A DNA stretch of 55,444 nt from Chlamydiota bacterium (GTDB taxonomy: Bacteria > Chlamydiota > Chlamydiia > Chlamydiales > Rhabdochlamydiaceae). A model generated the notes under the pieces. That model searched no databases. It had not been told where the DNA came from and worked only from the letters and a program-made list of their open reading frames with translations. Location of the stretch: the NCBI GenBank assembly GCA_013287215.1, contig JABDEH010000001.1, positions 1-55,444 on the forward strand, in the 5' to 3' direction. This document shows positions 27,501 through 36,444 of the stretch, piece after piece. Numbering within the stretch: position 1 is the first letter of the stretch; every line of letters starts with the position of its first letter. The position numbers and the translations under genes are program-made.

Positions 27501-30066
27501 TTGCAAGGCGCCCCGCACCATCGTAGGTATAGGTGGTCTTCCCTCCATTTTCATCTTGTTCTGAGGTCAAATGGAAGGCATTGTAATTGTAGTACTTTCT
27601 CTTGAACCCATCCTCTGAGCCCTTACTTCCTCGCTTGTAATACTCAATATGATTCAAGCGACTGATATAGTCATACTCAAACACCTGGACAAGACCATCT
27701 CTTCCCAGATAACGGTGCAAGCTTCCCTCATGGTCATATTTGAAAAGCTCTTGGCTTCCATCAAGGTGATGAATTGTCGTTGGCTTTCCTCTAGAGTTGA
27801 AAGATGTTATGACAAGCTTTCCCTTTGGATCAGTGATAGAGAGTAAGTTGTCAAAAAGACCGTACGTATAAGTATAGATGGGTTTTATTGAAGATCCTGG
27901 GCCATCACCGGCTTCAGGGTAGGTTATTTGAACTGGACGGCCTAGGCTGTCATTCACATATACCGTTTCATTTCCAAATCGATCTATCTCTGCGAGCTTA
28001 TACCCTGATGAATCATAGGAAACCTGCGTCTCAAATTGATTCCCCATCCTGTCTTTTTCTAGGGTGTAAATCGGGCGATTGCTTAAATCATACCCATATT
28101 CGATTGAAATGCCATCACCTGAGCGACCGACATGAGTGAGGTTTTGATTGGCATCATAAGAATAACGGATTTCATTTCCCATCGGGTCTGTCTCAAAACT
28201 AAGCAACCCCTGGGCATAACCCTTTGTGAGTGTATAACGGTGAGTCCCATTGGCATCGGAGACTGCTTGAGAAATAATGAGACCTTGACCATCAAACTGA
28301 TTGACGGTTCTTTTTAGAAGGGCTTCTTTCCCCGTGCTGACGTCCAAGTATTTTTCTTCGATGATCTCTGGGACACCAATATTGGGAAGTTCTTGTTTAG
28401 GAGAAATGAAAGTTATGCGCCTTTCATGGACATTATTGGTCTTTTTTGCCTCTTCGCAATTACCATCGTCCACAATGACACATACAAGCGCCGCGTCTTC
28501 ATTGTAGTCGTAGAAATGACGCTTTTTGATCCCTGGGTCATAATCCTCTTCCTCACGGTCTGGAGATCCATTAGTCAAAATGAATTTCTTGAGTAGCAGA
28601 TTGGTGCCCTTTTTATACCAACATTTCAGTCCTGTCCTTTTCTCATCTCTTTGGAAAAACCCATGGGTACTTTTCCCTGAAAAATAGGAATAAGTTTTGA
28701 CATGAGCTTTTTGGTTGAATCTTCCATCCTCATCAATGCTTAACGGAGTAGAATCCGCTCCTGTCAGATTCCCATATTCACGTTCTTCAACGATATTTCC
28801 CTTCTCTCTGTCATCGTATTTAAACGACTTGTGGTAGAAAATGTTGCCACTACTGTCCTCTACAGAAGTAGAGATTAGATTGCCGGCGTCGCTTTTCACT
28901 CCCCACGCTTTTTTATGCACTCGATAGAGAGCTCCATCTAAGTATTGTTCGAGAGCAACAAGTTGATCATCTTCACTAAATCGGTGAACTACTTTGCTAT
29001 TGCCAGGTCCATCGACCTCCGTATACCCATCTTCATATGAAAAGTGAATGCCTGTTGCTCCACTTGAGCCTTCTGGAATGGTGATCGATCTGACTTTGCA
29101 TTGATTGGCTTTGTCTGTGTAATAGTCTACTTGCACAAAGCGCCCCTCTGGCAAGGTCTTTTTTAGAAGCAGAGGATGGTTATCGACAACTTGATATTGA
29201 TACTGCACGGGGGGTTTATTAGATCTCTCAACTGCGGTTAGAAGGCGAACTCCGGAAGAGTCTTGCTGAAAGTGATAATCAGCAGTCTTCCCATCGCTGG
29301 ACTCAACATGGATTCCACTCCCATATTGGATTTTGATCCAGGCCAAGACTTTCTTTTCAGAGGCATTGGTTTCTTTGATAAGAGACAGTTGTCCTTTTTC
29401 GTCAAAGTCATAGAAGAGCTTGTTACCGCTGGGAAGGATCTCATGGGTGATAAAATAAATGTCTAAAGAGGGGTGTTTGGCGTAATAACGTCGTCCTTCT
29501 GAACAGAGAAGTAGTTCAAAACTATCAGTTTCAGGGTTGAAATAGAGTTCATTATTTTTTAGGTTTGTCCAGCAGCTGATGTTGCCCTTTGCCGTGTTGC
29601 AAAGTCCGACTGTCTCCTCTTCTGGATCAATTTTGAATAGAGAGCGTTTAGATGGGTTTGTCGTGTTTTGCCAGCCCACATATGTAAGAATGGTACCGTC
29701 TGGGTTTCCAACATAGACATAGGCTCGCTCGAATTTACCTTCTGCAGTTGTATAGGTTTTTCCCTTAGGATTTTTTGGCATGGAAAGAAAGCAATGAGGG
29801 TTGAACCTCCAACCACCAAAAGTGGCTGTTTGGATCGTATCGCGACTACTATAAAACCGAGAAAGAATAAGGGGATCGGTTGAAGAGACCGTAAGATCAA
29901 GCTCTACTTCCGTATAATCGCCGTGGATAGTGCTAACATTCTGCACCAAACTTTCAGGATCAGTCTCCCTTGAACCTAAGTAGGTGCTGCTGAGAGAATT
30001 GTTGCTTGCAACCGCATTCTGAAAACAAAAAAGACCTAACACCAAACCTATTAAATAGCGCATCAT
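24544..30066 (-). CDS. rhs: Rhs/YD-repeat polymorphic toxin with C-terminal AHH-type (HNH/EndoVII-fold) nuclease domain
   Basis: 1840 aa with a signal peptide. There are many YD repeats (YSYDANQNL, YEYDGLGRL, YTYDGAGRL...). The Rhs core ends RYYDAQIGRWISPDPAGDIDGPNLYTFARNNPMTYVDYFGL (DPxGL motif). A ~330-aa variable tip carries ...QQVHAHHVFAQQFE...NIHNPKYLTWWEASSHRAAAKQYN, consistent with Tox-AHH. Confidence 0.9.
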   Translation of the reverse strand: MMRYLIGLVLGLFCFQNAVASNNSLSSTYLGSRETDPESLVQNVSTIHGDYTEVELDLTVSSTDPLILSRFYSSRDTIQTATFGGWRFNPHCFLSMPKNPKGKTYTTAEGKFERAYVYVGNPDGTILTYVGWQNTTNPSKRSLFKIDPEEETVGLCNTAKGNISCWTNLKNNELYFNPETDSFELLLCSEGRRYYAKHPSLDIYFITHEILPSGNKLFYDFDEKGQLSLIKETNASEKKVLAWIKIQYGSGIHVESSDGKTADYHFQQDSSGVRLLTAVERSNKPPVQYQYQVVDNHPLLLKKTLPEGRFVQVDYYTDKANQCKVRSITIPEGSSGATGIHFSYEDGYTEVDGPGNSKVVHRFSEDDQLVALEQYLDGALYRVHKKAWGVKSDAGNLISTSVEDSSGNIFYHKSFKYDDREKGNIVEEREYGNLTGADSTPLSIDEDGRFNQKAHVKTYSYFSGKSTHGFFQRDEKRTGLKCWYKKGTNLLLKKFILTNGSPDREEEDYDPGIKKRHFYDYNEDAALVCVIVDDGNCEEAKKTNNVHERRITFISPKQELPNIGVPEIIEEKYLDVSTGKEALLKRTVNQFDGQGLIISQAVSDANGTHRYTLTKGYAQGLLSFETDPMGNEIRYSYDANQNLTHVGRSGDGISIEYGYDLSNRPIYTLEKDRMGNQFETQVSYDSSGYKLAEIDRFGNETVYVNDSLGRPVQITYPEAGDGPGSSIKPIYTYTYGLFDNLLSITDPKGKLVITSFNSRGKPTTIHHLDGSQELFKYDHEGSLHRYLGRDGLVQVFEYDYISRLNHIEYYKRGSKGSEDGFKRKYYNYNAFHLTSEQDENGGKTTYTYDGAGRLATLSKGDQKVEFIYDALGRTQGVKKWKSSNAFTLEVKEYDLLNRVIEQQTQDSQGHTVARNRYIYNDAGQLAQIIGYPHNKESVLTQYEYDGLGRLCKILGASNQVTVIHYDDTYVNEWGQKTRKRTVLDPLGNQTEETFDNSGHLIKVTKKDKTGHLLAEIESSFDIAGNKVLEKVARISSEGLLSTYETDWSFNEGNQLRSVTLGKGTPQERVTTFEYNSYGDLATKYNPGSKEPISYQYNAYGDLRTISYKEGKQEVSHQLSYDMNRNLKEMRLSSAQVLTYSYDTNDLPLSETIKDEFGSYRVSRIYDGDGNIQTLQLPDGSSVQYSYEGTFVESVARFTKEGKELYNYRVAARDQMGNTLEEILPGHGGSRKQAWDSSGRRIEISTDFFQDKFVEGGYDLLNNIKKRETTLDDEKSTAEYEYNALSQLILEKREMEHRYSYDSLGNRLQRDDSTYKVDDLNQLVEAEGASYTFDANGNLATKTIGQKIWVYQWSPLNQLISIKDPDQNIVSFTYDLSGKRLTKKLEPKGKKARIFRFFYLGNTEIGSLDEKGAIVELKVPSNPNNPEISPCVAIEVRKETYVPLYDLQGNIACLLDHKRRKVVESYRYSSFGEEEITNEKGRVVSDSAIGNPWRYRGKRVDKEIGLVCFGQRYYDAQIGRWISPDPAGDIDGPNLYTFARNNPMTYVDYFGLASEMNENQSKEFSGYFYGEYEPHCHCEAHRDCKRGGDIASTMGVVSLGGISHSMVDFILNNPRFHGSLQALGGLAEVSFGGGMTLVTYGAAAPFGWPVMAHGLDQFITGISTAFTGRPRDTLTSQLLQRTGMSHQTANFVDSGLSMGGSLGSAYFIQRARVAAIAAFSVPESTMVSLEGIPGGKNFKPFTRHSYRANLIELTGVSPSGQQVHAHHVFAQQFETKFLEKGINIHNPKYLTWWEASSHRAAAKQYNLDWIEFMRQNPGATEAQILEKGRKMMSQHGIEINY

Positions 30067-30327
30067 TGGTACCCCTCTTGTAATCTCAACAGACTTGTTA
30101 CAATCTAAAATAGTGCATGATACTTAAAATAATATTTCTTGCAGAAGGAAAATTTAAGCCGACATTGAGCAGTTCCAGAAATCAATTTTCGAATTTTATC
30201 TCTCACTGGTCAAAATCATGGTTGCTTGCATAAGTTTTGGACCGTGAAGACGATATCGTCAAAGTTTTTGTCGAGATGGCCACCATTTTCATGAGCTGCT
30301 GACCAGGAGCCTCGGGAAGAAAGCATT

Positions 30328-30345
30328 TGTCGAACGTTCGACATC
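30328..30345. promoter_or_regulatory. palindrome tgtcgaacgttcgacat (copy 2 of 3) in the rhs upstream region
   Basis: Seen directly, 260 bp upstream of the rhs start codon. Confidence 0.55.
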
Positions 30346-30576
30346 CCAGGAAATGCTGCCCTGCATTTACCGATATTGATTTTTTTAATTCGAATCTGCT
30401 AATTTGTGGATTCGTTCATCAACGGGAGTTTACCGGTGCCAAAAGATTTTCCTCAAAAAGAGATCCATATAGCACTTTTTGAGTCTATATACCCCCGTAT
30501 ACCCACGTCTTACGAAACGCCCAGGACACGGCAGGTTTTTCTATCTCCACGGCCACCCGGACCACATGAGAGTCCT

Positions 30577-31527
30577 TTAGTCAGTGCTGTCTAGCCTTCG
30601 CCTTTTTATTAAATCGCTGTGTTTTTTAGTATGTAAGAAAAAGAAATTTAATCGCTCCTCTTTAGTTTCTTTATAGCGGGGGCATTCCACTAGCTTGTCT
30701 TTATCAGCTAAAAAACATTTGTACCCCAATTCGTTTAAAATATGAATTAAATCGTTTGGGTGGTAATTAAACTGAACAGTCCATCTTTCAAACAACTCAA
30801 GAAAAATTATTGGTAAAAATTTCTTTATAGCATTGATTCCACCTTTTACCACCGACAACTCCGCACCCTCTACATCACATTTCATAAGATCTATTTTATC
30901 TAGTTTTTGAGTAGATACAAAGCTGTCTAAAGTATCGACTTTACAGACAGTCTCCTGCGCCTTAGAACATTGAATCAGATTTTTTTCAGAGGCAAGTACT
31001 GATCCTCCAGGAAAGTAGTAGTATGTTGAAGAGCCTGTTTTTTCCGATAAGCCAATATTAAAAGGGAATACTTGACTGGCACAATTTAAAGTTATATTTG
31101 TAAGCAAGTATTTATATGTGTCCACAATGGGTTCAAATGAATATATTTTTGCTTGTGGGAGCCTTTTACAAAACAACAAAGAATACCAGCCAATATTCGC
31201 GCCCACATCCAGAATAACTGCATCTTTCTCAATTAAGCTAAAGAGCACGTCCTCGTCTTCCCGTTCATAGTAGTCGAAGTTTAATATATCAAACGGGACA
31301 CCCCTTCTGTCTAGACCATTGAATACCAGCTTGATATTGTCTTTTCTGGTAGTGAACAGTAAAAGGTCATCCTGAATTTCAACTCTTTCTATGTCAGTAT
31401 CTTTTAATCTTTCAGAGAAATAAAAAAGTATTTTATTAAACGATTGCATCTGGTCAATATAATCATATTTTTCTATTTTTCTCTGTTTATATAGAGAGGC
31501 AAGGTCTTTAATTAGATTTTTGCTCAT
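30577..31527 (-). CDS. FkbM-family SAM-dependent methyltransferase
   Basis: AVILDVGANIGWYSLLF ... AKIYSFEPIVDTYKYLLTNITLN matches the Methyltransf_21/FkbM core (DiGANiG ... vyAFEP). Confidence 0.75.
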   Translation of the reverse strand: MSKNLIKDLASLYKQRKIEKYDYIDQMQSFNKILFYFSERLKDTDIERVEIQDDLLLFTTRKDNIKLVFNGLDRRGVPFDILNFDYYEREDEDVLFSLIEKDAVILDVGANIGWYSLLFCKRLPQAKIYSFEPIVDTYKYLLTNITLNCASQVFPFNIGLSEKTGSSTYYYFPGGSVLASEKNLIQCSKAQETVCKVDTLDSFVSTQKLDKIDLMKCDVEGAELSVVKGGINAIKKFLPIIFLELFERWTVQFNYHPNDLIHILNELGYKCFLADKDKLVECPRYKETKEERLNFFFLHTKKHSDLIKRRRLDSTD

Positions 31528-32275
31528 TTTTACCTATCGTGAATTTCTTTATCCCAGATCTTAAAGTTTTTCTTATTAAATGAATACATATAACCAAGGA
31601 AACAACAGGGGTTAATACTCCTAGACCGACGGCAATAACTTTATAGCCATGGTAGTAAAAATAAGTTGAAACAGAAAATCCTGCAACAATCCATAGACAA
31701 AAACAAATACCACAATAGAACAACCCGTCATAAAACACCGGATCTAATCCCTTCCCTTTTTCACCTGTGAAAATCCAGCAAAAAAATTCTTTTAGCTTAC
31801 GAGATGTGGGAGTGATTGATTTCTCATATTGCTGACGAAATTCTGGAATGGCCTCGGGTAGTAAAGCTTTCATCATGTTTTTATGTATTCTTGATTTACT
31901 TATACCCTTCATTTCCATTTCAAGGTTAGCTGAAAACGAAGAATTTAATAAACGATGGTAAATTTCGGCATCGAGTAACAACATCAATAATACACCTCTT
32001 GAAGAAAAGATTGCTACGAGCGCTAAAGAAATCATTTTATCAATGGGAGCCCCAATTTCTTTGCCTGACAAAACATAACTGAAGGCTAAAAATGTCGCCA
32101 AAATCCATCCTACTAATACGAATTTATACTTCATTTTTAGATTGTTGTAATGTTTAGTATAGGAAAAAGCTTTGGAATACAAACCAAGATCGATTGAATT
32201 TTTCGATCCATTTATTGGATCTACTATAAATTTTGCACTTTCAAAAGATTCATGAGATGCTATTTCGTCATCCAT
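31508..32275 (-). CDS. multi-TM membrane protein (hypothetical), operonic with the FkbM methyltransferase
   Basis: 255 aa with several hydrophobic helices. Its end overlaps the FkbM gene start by 20 nt. Confidence 0.5.
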   Translation of the reverse strand: MDDEIASHESFESAKFIVDPINGSKNSIDLGLYSKAFSYTKHYNNLKMKYKFVLVGWILATFLAFSYVLSGKEIGAPIDKMISLALVAIFSSRGVLLMLLLDAEIYHRLLNSSFSANLEMEMKGISKSRIHKNMMKALLPEAIPEFRQQYEKSITPTSRKLKEFFCWIFTGEKGKGLDPVFYDGLFYCGICFCLWIVAGFSVSTYFYYHGYKVIAVGLGVLTPVVSLVICIHLIRKTLRSGIKKFTIGKNEQKSN

Positions 32276-32888
32276 CTGTCAAGTTTCCAAGCTCATTTTC
32301 AATGTTTTTATATAGACGGCGCTCTGATTTTTCTGCCATTATTTTAAGCAATTTTCCATAGATAAAAATCGATAAAACTGCTACCGGGGTAACCAAAAAT
32401 ACTATCCACTTCCAATTATCAATCCCAAGCAAAAATGCGACACAAACAAACATCAAAAACAGCAAATCTTTGCTGTAGCCGATATAGAACTGCACTTTTT
32501 TTGATATTGACCCATGGCGTTCACTTGAAGAATTTATCATGCGAGAATGAATTGGAAAAAGCCATGGATTTTCCTTTTCAAGTCGTAAAGCATCAGTGAA
32601 GGTGCTCATCAACAACCTTTCAATAAAAATTAAATCAATTGCAGATATAATTATATTCATTAAAAGCGAAAACAAACAAATAAATATTGAAATTGCAATC
32701 GAACTAAAGGGTAATATTTGAGGGTTGATTGATAACAAGAACCCTATTGCAGCAAAAGTACCCATTAACAGGGTTATACTCATTTTTCTTAGAAAGCATT
32801 GAAGCACGTCATAGTGCTGAATTCCGTCTATATGTTCTTCCAACTGGGCATACACACCAAGTCTGTATTCGGAAGTCTTTTGACTCAT
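32268..32888 (-). CDS. multi-TM membrane protein (hypothetical), first gene of the 3-gene operon
   Basis: 206 aa, hydrophobic. 8-nt overlap with the next gene. Confidence 0.5.
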   Translation of the reverse strand: MSQKTSEYRLGVYAQLEEHIDGIQHYDVLQCFLRKMSITLLMGTFAAIGFLLSINPQILPFSSIAISIFICLFSLLMNIIISAIDLIFIERLLMSTFTDALRLEKENPWLFPIHSRMINSSSERHGSISKKVQFYIGYSKDLLFLMFVCVAFLLGIDNWKWIVFLVTPVAVLSIFIYGKLLKIMAEKSERRLYKNIENELGNLTDG

Positions 32889-32978
32889 TCCTTGTTCTTC
32901 TCCATAAACATTTAGATTGACCCTATCTCTCTAAGTGAATATACTAGACCTTAAGAATATAGAATTGGAACGGCTTTT

Positions 32979-34181
32979 ATGGTAAAAATGCCTCTTTTGG
33001 AGCATATTAAATCATTCCATCCTTCAATATCTTTAGATAATGTCCTTGTCATTGGATGTCAACACATTTTGGCAACTACTCATTCAATGCTTCGTTCCCT
33101 ATACAGCTTAGGTCTAAATCCTCAGAACATCTTCCTTCTTGGAAAATGTTATTCCACTAATAGCTCCGTGTGGCAAGAAATGCGCCAAGACGGCATAAAC
33201 GTCTCCCCTTTGAGCTCCTTTTTTGACAGCAATCAAGCTTTTGATAGTCAATTTCGTCGCATCGCAGCTCAATTTCTAGAGCATACCCTATCCCAGGTGG
33301 ATTTGTCAAAATTTAATAAAATCATTCTTATAGATGATGGCGGTCAACTTCTGAGTCTATCTATGGAATTTTTTAAAGGATATAAAAACATCATTGGAAT
33401 AGAGCAAACCACCTCTGGCTATGAGAAAATTAACTCTTCACTCCTCCAATTTCCAGTAATTAATGTCGCAAGAAGTCAAGCAAAATTGATCTATGAGTCT
33501 CCCATGATCGCCGAGATCGTAGTTAAGAAAGCTCTTAGGCGCATGGAAATGCTTCGCCGTAACCCTGAACAAATTCTTATCATCGGAAATGGAGTGATTG
33601 GGTCTGCTATATATGCGGCCTTACACAATGATTATGAAGTTCAAGTTTACGACAAAAATATGAATAGTAACCTTAACTTTGAAGATCATCTGAGATCTGC
33701 TGACTTAATAATTGGTTGTACTGGAGAAACTAGCCTACCATATGGCAAGTTTAAGTACTTAAAAAAGGGGTGTGTTCTGTTTAGCGCATCCTCGTCAGAT
33801 CGAGAATTTGACGCTGTCCATATCAGAAGAAAAACTAAAAACATAAAAAATTGTCATGATGATATTGCAGTTGAGGGAAAAATCCTTTTGAATTGCGGTT
33901 TTCCAGTTAACTTTGATGGGGGTAGAAATAGTGTGGCTCCTTCAAAAATTCAACTTACTAGGGCACTACTTATGTCTGCCATATTTCAAGCTTGTGAAAT
34001 GTCGGGCAGTCCTTGTGAAATAGTGCCTCTTGATATGGAAATGCAAAGAGATGTGATTAGTCAGTATTTGCAGATTCATCCCATGTTTATTCAAAGCGTT
34101 GGTCGGCTGAACAAGCACACTGTTAAGCAGAAATTGTTGGTGGCTAGAAAAGGAAAAGGACCGCACCAAAGATCTTACTGA
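32979..34181 (+). CDS. S-adenosyl-L-homocysteine-hydrolase-like (AdoHcyase fold) NAD-binding protein, divergent
   Basis: VLVIGCQHILATTHSMLRSL resembles the SAHH GCLHMTvQTAVLIETL block. IILIDDGGQLLS resembles SAHH LDDGGDLT. The Rossmann motif ILIIGNGVIGSAIYAAL...VQVYDKN is present. Transcribed divergently from the FkbM operon. Confidence 0.45.
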   Translation: MVKMPLLEHIKSFHPSISLDNVLVIGCQHILATTHSMLRSLYSLGLNPQNIFLLGKCYSTNSSVWQEMRQDGINVSPLSSFFDSNQAFDSQFRRIAAQFLEHTLSQVDLSKFNKIILIDDGGQLLSLSMEFFKGYKNIIGIEQTTSGYEKINSSLLQFPVINVARSQAKLIYESPMIAEIVVKKALRRMEMLRRNPEQILIIGNGVIGSAIYAALHNDYEVQVYDKNMNSNLNFEDHLRSADLIIGCTGETSLPYGKFKYLKKGCVLFSASSSDREFDAVHIRRKTKNIKNCHDDIAVEGKILLNCGFPVNFDGGRNSVAPSKIQLTRALLMSAIFQACEMSGSPCEIVPLDMEMQRDVISQYLQIHPMFIQSVGRLNKHTVKQKLLVARKGKGPHQRSY

Positions 34182-35133
34182 AAGCTATCGAATTTTTCCC
34201 TGCTACGGTAAACCACCCTCCAAGAATTAGCCCTAAATTTTCTGTGTAAGTATGTTGAATTTCAGGGAGAATGCTCAATTGATTAAAAGATGGCACCTCA
34301 ATTTTTGATCCTCTTTTTTTTGCAAATCCCCCTTTCTCTCCCTGAAGGTAATTAACTTCGCATGCAAGGGCCCATGTTCTAGATAGAGCGTATTCCCCAT
34401 AAAAAAAACCTGAGAAATATTTTCCCAAATAGACCGTTCCTCTTGTTGTTGGATCTCCTCCATAATAACTCAGCCCTTTAACTGTGACGGAAGAAGGTAC
34501 AAAATATCCTATACTCCCCCTTAGCCTGAAAGGATGGGTCTCTGTTGCAAGAAAAGCCTTTTGGAAAACGAATTGGATTCCAGTCTGAAATGATCCCTGC
34601 CCCGTAGAATCTGTGCCTTTCTTTTTTGGATCAAATTTTTGATATTTGCCTGTAGGGAATGTTTCCTGGAATAAGATTCGAAAATCTGGAACCCAGGAAG
34701 CTTTTTTATCTGTAGACACCTGAAATCCTAAACGAAAAATCGAGTCTGTTAAATGGGTAGAAGACACCCCATAACTGAAATTTGTAACCATTGATCCAAT
34801 CAGCTCGGCTCCTAGCACGCTATTAAAGCCGACCTGAAAATCGAATAGAGGACGTATTCCCCATGTAGCAGGTGTTCGTTTTAAATCTCCATGGGAATCA
34901 TAAAACCCATAATTTTTGGAGCCAATCAACACTAACTCCAGACCTGGATGACCTGGGGGGACCGTGGTTGGATTTGGAGTGACAATCGGGCCTGTAAACC
35001 ACTGGCTATACCCATTTTCTGATGAAACTATACAAGCAGCTGAAACCTGAGAGAGCATAGTAAAAAAGAAAACAGACGAAATCCTCAAAAAAACTAACCT
35101 TCCGATCGACCTTGACAATTTGCTACTGCTCAT
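34144..35133 (-). CDS. putative outer-membrane beta-barrel protein
   Basis: A signal peptide, alternating amphipathic strands and a C-terminal aromatic residue (...FGAVLFLF*) are present. 329 aa. Confidence 0.5.
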   Translation of the reverse strand: MSSSKLSRSIGRLVFLRISSVFFFTMLSQVSAACIVSSENGYSQWFTGPIVTPNPTTVPPGHPGLELVLIGSKNYGFYDSHGDLKRTPATWGIRPLFDFQVGFNSVLGAELIGSMVTNFSYGVSSTHLTDSIFRLGFQVSTDKKASWVPDFRILFQETFPTGKYQKFDPKKKGTDSTGQGSFQTGIQFVFQKAFLATETHPFRLRGSIGYFVPSSVTVKGLSYYGGDPTTRGTVYLGKYFSGFFYGEYALSRTWALACEVNYLQGEKGGFAKKRGSKIEVPSFNQLSILPEIQHTYTENLGLILGGWFTVAGKNSIAFSKIFGAVLFLF

Positions 35134-35242
35134 AAGGAAATACCTCCATGCGGGGGATCATGATCAACGGATACAATTCTCATCGGGAAAAGCCACCCGG
35201 CAGGGTTAATCCTTGACGGCGTTTGTCTCTGTCCACCACTCC

Positions 35243-35761
35243 CTAAACCCTTTCAGCATGTGTGTTATCCTTAACCTTAAGTGCTATAATAACCAGTGAT
35301 ACCAGATTAATAACCAATGCAGTCGAGAAGCTGTAGAGATGGGGTAACTTCAGCAGAAAAGGAAGGCCAAGGGCCAGATAACGACAAGCAAACGAGTAGC
35401 GTAGCGATTTCTGAAAATCATCGATCTGTTCTGAATAAGCTGCCGCTGCTACAGGCAGGACATTCCCCAGCACTCCGTTGATTATAGCTGCAACAGCCAA
35501 CAAAATCTGGAAATATTCCTCAGGACATAGCTGACTTCCAAACACCATAATTAACATTGAAACAATCACGCAGGGAATGGTGACAAGAAGGACCCTTTTT
35601 CTGGTGGCGTAATCCGACATGGCTCCTTGAACGGGTGACCCGATTACGCAGCCAACAAGAAAAGCAATTAGAAGCGTTTGCCACTCCTTTTGCTCAAAAC
35701 AACACCTCAGCAAACATCCCCTAGAGAAATACTGACAAAAAATGGCATAGAGAAATATCAT
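35243..35761 (-). CDS. MFS transporter C-terminal half (6 TM)
   Basis: LVGCVIGSPVQGAMSDYATRKRVLL is an MFS motif-A-like loop. With 35758..36444 immediately upstream (4-nt overlap) the pair totals about 400 aa, the size of a 12-TM MFS. Confidence 0.5.
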   Translation of the reverse strand: MIFLYAIFCQYFSRGCLLRCCFEQKEWQTLLIAFLVGCVIGSPVQGAMSDYATRKRVLLVTIPCVIVSMLIMVFGSQLCPEEYFQILLAVAAIINGVLGNVLPVAAAAYSEQIDDFQKSLRYSFACRYLALGLPFLLKLPHLYSFSTALVINLVSLVIIALKVKDNTHAERV

Positions 35762-36444
35762 ATAGACCCCTCCAAGGTTTTTACTTTAATCACTTCTGCT
35801 ATAGCAGCTCTCGAAATAACGGCTAAATTCGCCAATAGCCCTTTGCCGCAGAGGATGATGAGTATCTGTACATCAGCACTAAACGAAGACATGCCCAAGA
35901 ATTCGAGGATAAAATACATCGATGGTTCACCAGTTTGTCCCTCAACAGTCATTCCAGCAGCCGCAGAGATTGCTAGCATCAACATTATCATAGCAAATAC
36001 TAGAGAGTTTTTCTGGCTGAAAATGTCCGATAACGCACCTTGAATCGGAGCAGCTAAAGCTTGGCAGCCAAGCAACGAGAGAAAAATCCAAATAGGGGGC
36101 GCTGACGTTTTTAAGGCTGTGTTCACTAGGATTGCATCCATACAAGCATCTAAAAGTATCATCGCCAATCCCATAATCACGTTCGGATGAGATAGCAAAG
36201 ACTGATTGATAACGGAACGCCAGTTTTTCAACTTCGGTTCCGCGTCCATTCTTCTTTGGCAATGGCTCCAGAATAGCCATTCGCCTAAGCCCCTTGCCGC
36301 GATGGTAAATACAATCAGAGATGTCACAGAGCGTGGTGGAAGACCGGCCATTAGGAGGACGCAAAGGGTGAGAATATGAGGAAATAAGCTAAGGGAAGTA
36401 AAAACCCCACTGATTAACCCAAATGCCGGGGAAGACATTCTCAT
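35758..36444 (-). CDS. MFS transporter N-terminal half (6 TM), paralog of 37391..38080 and 8044..8628
   Basis: LLGCQALAAPIQGALSDIFSQKNSLVFAMIM (motif A). Strong alignment with 37391..38080, e.g. TSAPPIWIFLSLLGC versus TSAPPMWVLFTFSAC. Confidence 0.55.
   Translation of the reverse strand: MRMSSPAFGLISGVFTSLSLFPHILTLCVLLMAGLPPRSVTSLIVFTIAARGLGEWLFWSHCQRRMDAEPKLKNWRSVINQSLLSHPNVIMGLAMILLDACMDAILVNTALKTSAPPIWIFLSLLGCQALAAPIQGALSDIFSQKNSLVFAMIMLMLAISAAAGMTVEGQTGEPSMYFILEFLGMSSFSADVQILIILCGKGLLANLAVISRAAIAEVIKVKTLEGSI

Noticed and set aside
25207-29900. Multiple 60-160-aa ORFs on the plus strand inside rhs (e.g. 25207..25677, 27070..27381, 29559..29900)
   Set aside because: They are antisense to a single uninterrupted 1840-aa YD-repeat gene and are typical shadow ORFs.
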